Of a stretch of DNA of 64,000 nt, positions 30,668 to 39,946 are shown piece after piece. The position numbers were made by a program, and so were the translations under genes. Numbering within the stretch: position 1 is the first letter of the stretch; each line of letters opens with the position of its first letter. The DNA comes from an uncultured Syntrophobacteraceae bacterium (GTDB lineage: Bacteria > Desulfobacterota > Syntrophobacteria > Syntrophobacterales > Syntrophobacteraceae): contig CAZZHS010000003.1 of the NCBI GenBank assembly GCA_964654275.1, positions 95,688 to 159,687 on the forward strand, written 5' to 3'. Below the pieces are notes generated by a model. The model saw only the letters and a program-made list of their open reading frames with translations, was not told the origin of the DNA and made no database searches.

Positions 30668-31552
30668 ATGCGCGTCGGCTGGATTGGGACCGGCGTCATG
30701 GGACTCTCCATGTGCGGGCATCTCCTCAAGGCCGGCTGTGACATCGTGGTCCACAGCCGAACGCGGGAGAGGGCGGAGCCCTTGCTGGAAAGGGGGGCCC
30801 GGTGGGGAGAGAGTCCCCGGGAGGTTGCCGGTGAAGTGCGCGTCCTATTCACTATGGTGGGGTTTCCGCAGGAAGTGCGGGAGGTCTATTTCGGAGAAAA
30901 AGGGATCTTTGCAGGGGTGAACCGCGGCACGGTGCTGGTGGACATGACCACAACCGAACCTCAACTGGCTCGGGAGATCGCACAGGAGGCAACGGCCCGT
31001 GGGTGTCATGCTCTTGACGCTCCCGTGTCGGGGGGAGATGTGGGGGCGAGGGAGGCCACCTTGTCCATTATGGTGGGGGGGGATTCCGAAGGACTGTCCT
31101 CTGTTTTGCCGTTGCTTCGCATGATGGGAAAGAACATCGTGCACCTGGGACCGGCCGGAATGGGTCAGCACACCAAGATGTGCAATCAGATCGTGATCGC
31201 GGGAACCATGATCGGCGTGTGCGAAAGCCTCATCTATGCGCACAGGGCGGGATTGGACCGGGAGGCGATGCTCGAAGCGATCCGCGGAGGCGCGGCCCGT
31301 TGCTGGAGTTTGGACCACCTGGCGCCCCGCATCCTCCAGGGAGATTACCGACCAGGCTTTTTCGTCGACCATTTTATCAAGGACATGGGCATAGCGCTCA
31401 AGGAGGCGGAGCGCATGGATCTGCCCCTTCCGGGGCTTGCGCTCGTCCATCAGCTTTACGTTGCGGTGAAGGCGAACGGTCACGGCAAAAGCGGCACGCA
31501 GGCGCTCATGTTCGCTTTGGCGAAGCTTTGTGGAGAACACCTGCCGGGATAA
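30668..31552 (+). CDS. NAD(P)-dependent beta-hydroxyacid dehydrogenase (3-hydroxyisobutyrate / tartronate semialdehyde reductase family)
   Basis: MRVGWIGTGVMGLSMCGHL dinucleotide-binding motif. DAPVSGG. GMGQHTKMCNQ. Start placed at the ATG at 30668. The track ORF starts at 30626. Confidence 0.8.
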   Translation: MRVGWIGTGVMGLSMCGHLLKAGCDIVVHSRTRERAEPLLERGARWGESPREVAGEVRVLFTMVGFPQEVREVYFGEKGIFAGVNRGTVLVDMTTTEPQLAREIAQEATARGCHALDAPVSGGDVGAREATLSIMVGGDSEGLSSVLPLLRMMGKNIVHLGPAGMGQHTKMCNQIVIAGTMIGVCESLIYAHRAGLDREAMLEAIRGGAARCWSLDHLAPRILQGDYRPGFFVDHFIKDMGIALKEAERMDLPLPGLALVHQLYVAVKANGHGKSGTQALMFALAKLCGEHLPG

Positions 31553-31628
31553 GGTTCGGCATTCGGCCTCACAGCAAATTTTCCCATTAACCAGGGACGT
31601 GTCACTGCACAAGATAAGGTAATCCCGC

Positions 31629-32576
31629 ATGGAAAGAAGCCGCGGCAAGCCGATTTTGATGATCGCCCTGGGGGGCAATGCGCTCATCAGGAAGGGCCAG
31701 CGGGGCACCCTTCAGGAACAGTTTGAAAATCTCAAGCTGCCCGTGCAACAAATCGCCCGCCTTTCGCAACATTATCGTTTGATCATCACCCACGGCAACG
31801 GGCCTCAGGTGGGAAATCTTCTTCTGCAGCAGGAGTGCTGTGATAACGTTCCCAAAATGCCCTTGGAAATCCTCGTGGCGCAGACGCAGGGGCAGATCGG
31901 CTACATGATAGAATCCTCGCTCGATAACGAGTTCATGCGACGGGGACTTGACATGCGCAGGCTTTTTGTGACGGTTCTGAGCTACGTCATGGTCGATGAG
32001 AACGATCCCGCCTTCAAGAATCCTACGAAGCCCATTGGCCCTTACTTTCCCAAAGAGATGGCATCCAAATTGTCATTCCCTGTCGTGGAGACCGCAGAGG
32101 GTTGTCGGAGGGTGGTGGCCTCGCCGCAGCCGATCACCATCGTGGAGAAACGGGAGATCAGAAAGCTCCTGGAGATGGATTACATCGTGATTTCCTGCGG
32201 CGGCGGCGGAATACCCGTCATCAAGGAGAGTCGTGCCTACCACGGGGTCGATGCGGTCATTGACAAGGATTTGGCGAGTGCCGTCCTGGCTTCCGAGGTG
32301 GGCGTGGACACCCTGATCATTGCCACGGATGTCAAAGGGGTGGCACTTTCCTATGGAAAGGAGGGTGAACGTTTCCTCTCCGCTCTTTCTGCCGCCGATG
32401 CAGAGCGCTATGCCGCCGAGGGGGAGTTCCCCGAGGGATCCATGGGCCCCAAGGTGGAGGCGGCGGTCCGTTTTTTGCGTAAAGGGGGCAGAAGGGCTCT
32501 CATCACTTCCCTCGAAGACATTGCCGCAGCTGTGGAGGGCCGGGCTGGAACGGAATTCACCCTGTCGCGGCGGTGA
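31629..32576 (+). CDS. arcC: Carbamate kinase
   Basis: IALGGNAL, ITHGNGPQVGNLLLQ and GGGGIPV are typical carbamate kinase motifs. 315 aa. Confidence 0.9.
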   Translation: MERSRGKPILMIALGGNALIRKGQRGTLQEQFENLKLPVQQIARLSQHYRLIITHGNGPQVGNLLLQQECCDNVPKMPLEILVAQTQGQIGYMIESSLDNEFMRRGLDMRRLFVTVLSYVMVDENDPAFKNPTKPIGPYFPKEMASKLSFPVVETAEGCRRVVASPQPITIVEKREIRKLLEMDYIVISCGGGGIPVIKESRAYHGVDAVIDKDLASAVLASEVGVDTLIIATDVKGVALSYGKEGERFLSALSAADAERYAAEGEFPEGSMGPKVEAAVRFLRKGGRRALITSLEDIAAAVEGRAGTEFTLSRR

Positions 32577-32642
32577 CGGAGCGAGGGACTGGGATGGAAA
32601 CGCACGATCGGATTCGAAATTGATGGGGTTGTGGAGATCTGC

Positions 32643-34268
32643 ATGAATGATTTGCCCGGAGTGTGGAATCCGGCCGAAGAGAGGAGCACGGGACAAATTC
32701 TGCTCGTGGGAGGGAGCCCGGATCTATGGGAGACCGCCCTGGATGGTTTCACAGACCGTCTGAAACGTGCTGAATTCATTTGTCTGCCGATGGAAGCAGA
32801 GGCCCCGAAGATGGATGAATTCAAGAACTGCCGGGCGGTGCTTTTGGATTATGAGGCCTTGACGCCTTCCCAGCTCCAAAACCTGCCGCAACTGCGATTG
32901 AGAATGCCGTCCACGCCGCTCCTCCTGTGCGTGGACGCCGCGCGGGCATCTCAGGCGCTTGAATCTCTGGGCACTTTGATCGATGACGTCGTCGTCAAAT
33001 TTGAGGGTTATGCGGGCCACTTGATCGAGAGAATCCATTGGCTCTGTGAAAAGGCCCTCAGACAGGAACAACGACTGCATCAGGTGACAGAGCTTTTTCG
33101 GCAAGCTCAGAAGATGGAAGCGCTCGGCATTTTGGCGGGTGGCATTGCCCACGATTTCAACAACATCCTGTCCATGATTTTTGGACACACCCAGATGGCA
33201 CTGCTGAGCCTCCCGGCGGAGGATTCCGCCCGTGTTCATCTGGACCAGGCACTGCTGGCAGGAAACCGTGCCCGCGACCTGGTGAGGGAAATTCTGAACA
33301 TCAGCCGCCAGGAAGAGGGGACTCCCCAAAAAGTCCGCGTGGGAACGATCGTCAAGGAAGCCACCAAGTTCCTCAAGGCTTCCTGTCCCTCCAACATTGA
33401 AATCGTTCAAAATCTGCATATGCAGCCCGCGGGCTGGGATACGATCCTCTGCGACAGCGCGCATCTCTACCAGATTTTCATGAATATCTGCACGAATGCT
33501 CTCAACGCCATCGGCCAGGATCAATACGGCACTGTGAGCATTGAACTCCATCCTCATGAGGTCGCTTCCGAGGCTGCCGTCTCCCGCCAGGGCCCACGGC
33601 CCGGGAAGTATGTGTCCCTGAAGGTGATCGACAGTGGCCGAGGGATACCTCATGAGCTGATGGAAAGGATTTTCGATCCTTATTTCAGCACGATGCCAAA
33701 CAGTCTCAGCCTCGGCATGGGACTTCCCGTCGTCAAGGAACTGGTCGCTGCCTACAACGGTTTCATCACCGTCGAAAGCCGCCCGGGTCAAGGAACATCG
33801 GTGACGATCCTCCTACCTTGCGCGGAAGCTGCGTCCGCCTTCAAGTCTTCCGATGATGGCGGGCGTTTCATCACAGGGAGTGGACAGATCCTGCTGGTCG
33901 ACGACGAAGAGATGCTCGTGCAGGTCGGAACACTGATGCTGAACAGGTTGGGGTATGAAGTGACGGGTTTCACGGACAGTCTGAAGGCTTTGGAGTGTTT
34001 TCGGGAACGCCCGGACGCTTTCGACCTGGTGATCACGGATTTGACCATGCCGAGGATGACGGGGGCCGATTTGGTGAGGAACCTGCTGGCGCTGCGTTCG
34101 GATCTTCCCGTGATCGTTTGCAGCGGTTATGGCGATTCGATTCAGGTGGAGACTCTCAGGAAAATCGGCGTCAGAAGCTTTCTCAGAAAGCCTTTTATCC
34201 TCAAACTCCTGGCTGAGACCGTCGCAGGAGTTTTGAACCCTGAACAGGTCTCAATGCAATCCGTCTAA
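32643..34268 (+). CDS. Hybrid sensor histidine kinase with an N-terminal receiver-like domain and a C-terminal receiver
   Basis: N-terminal receiver-like segment ILLVGGSPD...AVLLDYE, where the acidic pocket is degenerate. HisKA LAGGIAHDFNNILSMIFGHTQMA. HATPase NICTNALNAI, DSGRGI, GMGLPVV. Receiver ILLVDDEEMLV, LVITDLTMPRMTG. Start at the ATG at 32643 after GTGGAGA. Confidence 0.85.
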   Translation: MNDLPGVWNPAEERSTGQILLVGGSPDLWETALDGFTDRLKRAEFICLPMEAEAPKMDEFKNCRAVLLDYEALTPSQLQNLPQLRLRMPSTPLLLCVDAARASQALESLGTLIDDVVVKFEGYAGHLIERIHWLCEKALRQEQRLHQVTELFRQAQKMEALGILAGGIAHDFNNILSMIFGHTQMALLSLPAEDSARVHLDQALLAGNRARDLVREILNISRQEEGTPQKVRVGTIVKEATKFLKASCPSNIEIVQNLHMQPAGWDTILCDSAHLYQIFMNICTNALNAIGQDQYGTVSIELHPHEVASEAAVSRQGPRPGKYVSLKVIDSGRGIPHELMERIFDPYFSTMPNSLSLGMGLPVVKELVAAYNGFITVESRPGQGTSVTILLPCAEAASAFKSSDDGGRFITGSGQILLVDDEEMLVQVGTLMLNRLGYEVTGFTDSLKALECFRERPDAFDLVITDLTMPRMTGADLVRNLLALRSDLPVIVCSGYGDSIQVETLRKIGVRSFLRKPFILKLLAETVAGVLNPEQVSMQSV

Positions 34269-34292
34269 TTTCAGTTTTTGGAGAAAGGTTCC

Positions 34293-35375
34293 ATGCAAGA
34301 TCAAGCCAGAATCCTCGTCGTCGATGATGAGTATGACAACCTGTACCTGATTCACGACATGCTCGTGCCTCAGGGATACAAGGTCAGCCTCGCAAGCTCC
34401 GGGGAGGAGGTGATGGACCTGGCCAGGACAGAGGACCTGGATGTGGTTTTGCTGGATATCAATATGCCCGGAATGGACGGCTTCGAAGTTCTCAAGACGC
34501 TCAAGGGCAATGGACACACCAAGTTCGTGCCTGTGGTGATGGTCACGGGCCAGGGTGACGTGGCTCATCGCATCAAGGCCTTGGAGTTGGGAGCGGATGA
34601 TTTCCTGACCAAGCCCGTCGACTGCATGGAGCTGCGCGCCCGCGTCCGCTCCCTCGTCAAAGTGAAAGCGTTCCACGATCACCTCATCGACCATCAAAAA
34701 CGCCTGGCCCTGGAGGTCGATGAACGCACGAGGGCTCTGCGACGCGCCACGGAACGTCTGCACGATACCCACGAAAAACTCAAGCACGCGTCGCTCGACA
34801 CCATTTACCATCTCTCCAGGGCGGCAGAATACAAGGATGAGGACACCGGCGAGCACATCCGGCGCATGAGCAACTATGCTGCAGCCATAGCCCGCCGCTT
34901 GAATCTCGACAACGGCGTGGTCAACGGAATCCTCTATGCCGCCCCCATGCACGACATCGGCAAGATCGGCATTCCGGACCGGGTGCTCCTCAAACCGGGC
35001 AAGCTGGACCCGGAAGAATGGGAGATCATGAAGCAGCATACGGTCATAGGCGCCAAGATTTTGGAAGGTGGGAAAACGGAATTCATCCGACTGGCTTCGG
35101 TGATTGCCATGACGCACCACGAGAAGTGGGACGGCACGGGCTATCCCAGGGGCTTGAAAGGAAAACGGATCCCCCTGGTCGGGCGGATCACTGCTCTGGC
35201 CGATGTCTTCGATGCTTTGACTTCCAAAAGACCTTACAAGGAAGCCTTCTCCGTGGAGGAAGCCCTGAAGATCATCGAGGCGGAACGGGGAGGCCATTTT
35301 GATCCGGATGTGGTGGACGCATTCCTTTCCCTCGATGATCTCATCGTGAAGATCAAGGAGGGCAGGAGTTCCTGA
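34293..35375 (+). CDS. Response regulator with HD-GYP domain (predicted c-di-GMP phosphodiesterase, RpfG-like)
   Basis: Receiver RILVVDDEYDN, VVLLDINMPGMDG. HD-GYP signatures HIRRMSNY, MHDIGKIGIPD, HHEKWDGTGYPRGLKG. Start at the ATG at 34293 after GGAGAAAGG. Confidence 0.9.
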   Translation: MQDQARILVVDDEYDNLYLIHDMLVPQGYKVSLASSGEEVMDLARTEDLDVVLLDINMPGMDGFEVLKTLKGNGHTKFVPVVMVTGQGDVAHRIKALELGADDFLTKPVDCMELRARVRSLVKVKAFHDHLIDHQKRLALEVDERTRALRRATERLHDTHEKLKHASLDTIYHLSRAAEYKDEDTGEHIRRMSNYAAAIARRLNLDNGVVNGILYAAPMHDIGKIGIPDRVLLKPGKLDPEEWEIMKQHTVIGAKILEGGKTEFIRLASVIAMTHHEKWDGTGYPRGLKGKRIPLVGRITALADVFDALTSKRPYKEAFSVEEALKIIEAERGGHFDPDVVDAFLSLDDLIVKIKEGRSS

Positions 35376-35423
35376 AGAGCGGCTGCGGCAAAGCGTCGCG
35401 GAAGCCAAACGCCCCGCAAGGTT

Positions 35424-36530
35424 TCATCCGTTGCACCATCCTTTGAGTCCTCGGTTGAGCGTCACGATGAAGTCCTGAACATTGGTCAGAATCGATCGCA
35501 CCGACAGAGACCCGCGGTCGGCAAGTTTGTGCACTGCAAATTCGGACATGTCCACGATGTAAAAGTACACCGGCCGCACCCGGTTGTCCGGGCTGACGTG
35601 GTAGGCAGGGAGCAGGTTCCCCGTTGCGATGGCGTGCAACTGGGTGGCCAGTGCAATCACGGTGGTGGCTTTGCGGGCAAGGCTTCGCATCTGGTCCTGA
35701 GCCTGACAGGCATCAGAAATCACCTCGGGAAGGGGACCGTCGTCCCTTATGGAGCCTGCAAGGCAGAAGGGGACGGGCTTTGTCACAAGGGCGTGCATGA
35801 TTCCATCCTTGATGAGGCCGTTTTCAATGGCTTGCCGAATCGATCCTGCAGCCCGGATTCGGTTGATCGTGTCCAGGTGATTGTAGTGGCCGAGTGATGT
35901 GTGTTGTTTGGAGTAGATTTCCTGGCCCAGAGCGGTCTGGAAGAGTACGCCCTCCATGTCGTGCACCGCGAGTGCATTTCCTGCCAAAAGACCGTGCGCA
36001 TAGCCCCTCCGGACGATCTCCACGAACGCGTTTTTTGCATCGTGATCAAACACCAGAGCCGGTCCCAGCACCCAGAGAATGAATCCCCGCTCCTTTTCGT
36101 ATTCGAGGAGTTGATAGAGTTGGTCGTAGTCGATGGAAAAGGACGTTTCCCGACTGATGCCCGTTCGGAATGAAAACTTGTCGTGCAACCGCGTCGAGGC
36201 TTCGAAACCGTGGGTATGGACGTAGATGCCCTCTTCACCGTTTTCCCCCCTGCCGCAGGCCACTCGATCTCCCCGCCTCAGGCGCCGCATCTCCTTCACT
36301 TCCAGGCGATCATCCCTGCCCGGAACCACCACACAATCCATCCGAGACTCCTTGAGAATCTCCCATTTGCCGGGACTCAGATGAAAATATTCCGGGTGAA
36401 TGGACGTGGCATGAAAATTTTCCGGGGCGACGCCATCCTGCTCGACGGTTTGAAATTGCACGAGCGGGGCGCTGTCCAGAGGTGGTTTGTCCCAGTCAGG
36501 TGGCTGATAGGTGGGCAGCACGAACGGCAT
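35424..36530 (-). CDS. LOR/SDH bifunctional-enzyme conserved-region family protein (TIGR00300-like; possible archaeal-type ornithine cyclodeaminase)
   Basis: 368 aa. Segments GNALAVHDMEG, GHYNHLDTINRIR and LAGSIRDDGPLPEVISD match my recollection of this family. Not verified by search. Confidence 0.5.
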   Translation of the reverse strand: MPFVLPTYQPPDWDKPPLDSAPLVQFQTVEQDGVAPENFHATSIHPEYFHLSPGKWEILKESRMDCVVVPGRDDRLEVKEMRRLRRGDRVACGRGENGEEGIYVHTHGFEASTRLHDKFSFRTGISRETSFSIDYDQLYQLLEYEKERGFILWVLGPALVFDHDAKNAFVEIVRRGYAHGLLAGNALAVHDMEGVLFQTALGQEIYSKQHTSLGHYNHLDTINRIRAAGSIRQAIENGLIKDGIMHALVTKPVPFCLAGSIRDDGPLPEVISDACQAQDQMRSLARKATTVIALATQLHAIATGNLLPAYHVSPDNRVRPVYFYIVDMSEFAVHKLADRGSLSVRSILTNVQDFIVTLNRGLKGWCNG

Positions 36531-36645
36531 GAGAAAGGGCTCCTCTTTGGCACGATTCCCAGCAGGAGTCTCACCACCGACTCTGGAACGGCCTCCTCCT
36601 GAGGGGAAGACGAGAAATGGTGCCGAACTTGGTCGGACAGAGAGG

Positions 36646-37203
36646 TCAGGGGGACTGCTGCTTGATGCGTTTGGCTTCTCGATAGAAGTTCACGAAATAG
36701 TCCATCGCGGACCAATAGCCCAATATCACGGACACCCAAAGGAAGAAGAGACCCAGGGATTCGAGGAAAATCTGCAAATGCGGGATGCTCAAGAGGAGGA
36801 GACTGAGGGCGATGGTCTGGGAGACCATTTTGTTTTTTCCCAGACGACTGGCATTGATGATGAGCCCCTGGCTGGCGGCTATGGACCTGAGCCCCGTGAT
36901 GGTGATTTCGCGCCCGATGATGAGAAAGACCAGCCACGCGGGCACTTTGCCCAAAGGGATGAGCATGATGAGCACGGCTGAAGTAAGGAGTTTGTCCGCG
37001 AGAGGATCCAGGAGCTTGCCGATGGAAGTCACCAGATTCCAGCTCCTGGCCAGAATTCCGTCCAGATAGTCCGTGATGGAGGCGATCACGAAAAGGAGGA
37101 AGGCCACATTGAAAGATTTGGTCGACACGGGAGCCATGAGCACCAGGATGATGACGGGGATGGTGGCCATCCTCAAATAGGTGAGGATATTGGGCAGGTT
37201 CAT
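36646..37203 (-). CDS. pgsA: CDP-diacylglycerol--glycerol-3-phosphate 3-phosphatidyltransferase
   Basis: MNLPNILTYLRM. CDP-alcohol phosphatidyltransferase motif DYLDGILARSWNLVTSIGKLLDPLADK. Multiple TM helices. Confidence 0.9.
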   Translation of the reverse strand: MNLPNILTYLRMATIPVIILVLMAPVSTKSFNVAFLLFVIASITDYLDGILARSWNLVTSIGKLLDPLADKLLTSAVLIMLIPLGKVPAWLVFLIIGREITITGLRSIAASQGLIINASRLGKNKMVSQTIALSLLLLSIPHLQIFLESLGLFFLWVSVILGYWSAMDYFVNFYREAKRIKQQSP

Positions 37204-37607
37204 GATGTGTCTGCGGGAAAAATCACTGGCATCCATGTCGACGATTTACCCGGTGTGATGTTGAACAATCTGCGGGATGCGCGGGCCACATCCCGTAGGT
37301 TGAAGTTTCGGCACCGCTGGGGGCGACTCCGCGAACATGTCTCAACGCATCCCGTTTTGGGGCTCGCTCAAATCGGGTCCCTTTTTTGTCGGAAGACTCA
37401 TCCGCTCACGTATCACGCCCCCAGAGCCCAAAGAGGAAATTGCCGTGCCGTCCCGGGCAGGGACTCGCAGCTCAGACAGGCATGGTCCCGGCTCTTCGGC
37501 ATGTATGGGTTCGAACGGATCGTTTCCACGGAGACAGCACCTCGGCATGAGCAGCCTGCAGCCCGGGTTCAATACCACGCGCGAGCCGGCCTGAAGCAAT
37601 GCCCACT

Positions 37608-38264
37608 TCAATGCCGATAAGCTTCATAAGTGTCCAAAACCTTTTGAACATAAGTTGTGGTCTCGAAAAAGGGGGGGATACCCCCGTGTTTGACCACGTT
37701 TTCAGGCCCGGCATTGTAAGCCGCAAGGGCCAGGACAATATCGTTGTTGAAACGGCTCAGGAGGTACTTGAGATAGCGCACACCCCCATCGATGTTCTGG
37801 AGAGGATCGAAGGGATCCGAGACCCCGAGATCCCTGGAGGTGCCGGGCATGAGCTGCATGAGCCCCATTGCTCCCTTGGGGGAGACCGCCTCCGGATTGA
37901 AGCTCGATTCCACTCGTATGACGGCTTTCACCAGATTATGGTCCAGGCCGTGGCGAACGGAAGCCACACGAATGTGTTGATCGAAAGAACCGGACTTCAT
38001 GGCTCCCGTCGATCTGTAATCTCCCGGCGGGGAGATCCGAGCGTTCTTCGACGAATTCCTCGACGGATTGGAACCAAATATCGACGGATTGGATAGTTTC
38101 CTGGAACCGGGGTGTGTCGGCACATTCGTGAAGTGGATCACACCGTCGCGGTCCACGTACTTGTAAATTTCACAGAAACTCGGGGAAACCACCAAAAAAC
38201 AGAAGCAGGACAAAAACCCGATGACATGGAAGGTTTTTCTGAGTCGTTTCCTGCTCGGCTCCAT
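37608..38264 (-). CDS. Lytic transglycosylase (SLT domain) with an N-terminal DUF4124-like segment
   Basis: Signal-like FLSCFCFLVVSPSF. IYKYVDRDGVIHFTN (DUF4124-like). SLT catalytic region RVESSFNPEAVSPKGAMGLMQLMP ... AYNAGP. Start at the ATG at 38264 after GGAGGTTAGCC. Confidence 0.8.
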   Translation of the reverse strand: MEPSRKRLRKTFHVIGFLSCFCFLVVSPSFCEIYKYVDRDGVIHFTNVPTHPGSRKLSNPSIFGSNPSRNSSKNARISPPGDYRSTGAMKSGSFDQHIRVASVRHGLDHNLVKAVIRVESSFNPEAVSPKGAMGLMQLMPGTSRDLGVSDPFDPLQNIDGGVRYLKYLLSRFNNDIVLALAAYNAGPENVVKHGGIPPFFETTTYVQKVLDTYEAYRH

Positions 38265-38307
38265 GGCTAACCTCCATCTGGCTGCACGGGGTTCAAACTC
38301 TTGCAAA

Positions 38308-38970
38308 TCAGGCTTGCTCCACTTTTTTCCAGTCTTCGAGGAATTTCTTCAACCCCGCATCTGTTAAGGGATGCCGGGCAAGCTGGTCGATGACCCCAAA
38401 GGGGATGGTGGCAATGTCTGCGCCCAGTCTCGCTGCACTCAGAACGTGCAGGGGATTGCGCACGCTGGCCACGATGACCTCGGTTTCAAACAAGTAATTG
38501 GAATAGATCTCAACAATCTGTTCCACCAGGGCCATCCCGTCCTGAGAGATGTCGTCCAGGCGACCCACGAAAGGACTCACATAGGAGGCCCCCGCTTTGG
38601 CGGCCATGAGGGCCTGAAGGGGGGAAAACACCAACGTGACGTTGGTGCGCACCCCGTCCTGGGAGAGTTGTTTCACTGCCTTGAGGCCCTGGGTGGTCAT
38701 GGGTATCTTCACCACCACGTGAGAGTCCAGAGCGGCGAGTCCCTTGCCCTCGGCGATCATGCCTTCTGCCTCGGTGCTGACCACCTCGGCGTTGACGGGC
38801 GCCTGCACCAGACGGCAGATTTCCTGAATGTGTGCTTCGAACGCTTTGCGGTCTTTGATGCCTTCCTTGGCAACGAGGGAGGGATTAGTGGTGACCCCAT
38901 CCAGAATCCCCAGGCTGTGGGCTTCCTGAATCTCGCGAATGTTAGCGGTGTCAATGAAAAACTTCATCAC
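38308..38970 (-). CDS. tal: Transaldolase / fructose-6-phosphate aldolase family (short type)
   Basis: [16 protein letters not shown]...[12 protein letters not shown] and VVKIP. Length of 220 aa is typical of the short Tal/Fsa subfamily. Confidence 0.85.
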   Translation of the reverse strand: MMKFFIDTANIREIQEAHSLGILDGVTTNPSLVAKEGIKDRKAFEAHIQEICRLVQAPVNAEVVSTEAEGMIAEGKGLAALDSHVVVKIPMTTQGLKAVKQLSQDGVRTNVTLVFSPLQALMAAKAGASYVSPFVGRLDDISQDGMALVEQIVEIYSNYLFETEVIVASVRNPLHVLSAARLGADIATIPFGVIDQLARHPLTDAGLKKFLEDWKKVEQA

Positions 38971-39057
38971 GCATCTCCTGAAAAGATCACGCTGCCCTCC
39001 ATTATTAGAGGAAGTGGGGGACCTGCGTCAAAGGGGTTTTGTGCTCTCCTCATCAGG

Positions 39058-39321
39058 TCAAGATTTCCCATGCTGACGCATATAGTTTCTTCGGCATTCT
39101 TCAGTGCAAAAATAAAGGGTGTGTCCATTGATCTTGCCTTGGACACCCGTGTTTTTCTGAAAATAGGCGCCGCACTGAGGATCCCGTATGAGTTCAGTCT
39201 CTCCGGGAGGCTGCCTGTGGAGAGGGTCTCTGTCCTGAGGGCTGTGCAGGGGGGGAGAAAAATACTTCAAGATCCTGTAAGCCACGTAGGCGAGAACCGC
39301 GTACATCAGAATGCGAAGCAT
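39058..39321 (-). CDS. Small membrane-anchored protein with a TRASH/YHS-like Cys motif
   Basis: 87 aa. N-terminal TM helix ILMYAVLAYVAYRIL. C-terminal DPQCGAYF...HTLYFCTEECRRNY resembles TRASH/YHS metal-binding zinc-ribbon motifs. Overlaps the folK stop by 16 nt. Confidence 0.5.
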   Translation of the reverse strand: MLRILMYAVLAYVAYRILKYFSPPLHSPQDRDPLHRQPPGETELIRDPQCGAYFQKNTGVQGKINGHTLYFCTEECRRNYMRQHGKS

Positions 39322-39854
39322 ATGCCATCCAATCGTTGAAGCTGCTGTTCCTCTCCAAAGAGAGTCAATTCCTCCAGCATTTTTGCAACCGTCTTGAGCA
39401 AAACCGGGTGAACCTTCGAAGCAGCGATCTCCGCCAGGGGCTCCAAAACAAACCTGCGCCCGGCGATTCCAGGATGCGGCACGATCAGGTGCGAGGTGCG
39501 GATGACGCGGTTCCCGTAAAACAGCAAATCGAGATCGAGCGTCCTGGGCCCCCAGTGCTGCTTGCGTTCCCGGCCAAAGAGTTTTTCAACGTCCCACAAA
39601 AGAGCGAGCAAAGACTCAGGCTGCAAGAAGGTTTCGAGCGAAACGGCACCGTTGATGAACCAATCCTGGTTCGTGAATCCGAAGGGCTGAGTCCTGTAGA
39701 AGGAGGAAACTTTTTTGACAACAATTCCAGGGTGCTGTGCAAGAGCCTGGATACCTTGCCTGCAAATTTGCACCGAATCCCCGAGATTGCCCCCAAAGCC
39801 CACCAGGACCTCCTCGGGATTTTCCGTGCGTTCCTCACACATGCGGCACTCCAT
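39306..39854 (-). CDS. folK: 2-amino-4-hydroxy-6-hydroxymethyldihydropteridine diphosphokinase
   Basis: LVGFGGNLGD, YRTQPFG, WGPRTLDLDLLFYG, VPHP and RRFVLEPLAEI are HPPK motifs. Confidence 0.85.
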   Translation of the reverse strand: MECRMCEERTENPEEVLVGFGGNLGDSVQICRQGIQALAQHPGIVVKKVSSFYRTQPFGFTNQDWFINGAVSLETFLQPESLLALLWDVEKLFGRERKQHWGPRTLDLDLLFYGNRVIRTSHLIVPHPGIAGRRFVLEPLAEIAASKVHPVLLKTVAKMLEELTLFGEEQQLQRLDGICFAF

Positions 39855-39946
39855 GTGTCAACCTGCGGGCCGGAAATCTTGCGCAGGGCTGAATCAGGCG
39901 CACTCGACGCTGCTAGTGCTCCCGGGCGCAAGTCCTAAACCACTTG

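Noticed and set aside
37500-37525. GGGTTCGAACGG as a tRNA/tmRNA T-arm
   Set aside because: The flanking bases are not complementary, so there is no T-stem. There is also no acceptor stem or anticodon arm nearby. No tRNA-like cloverleaf could be drawn anywhere in the window.
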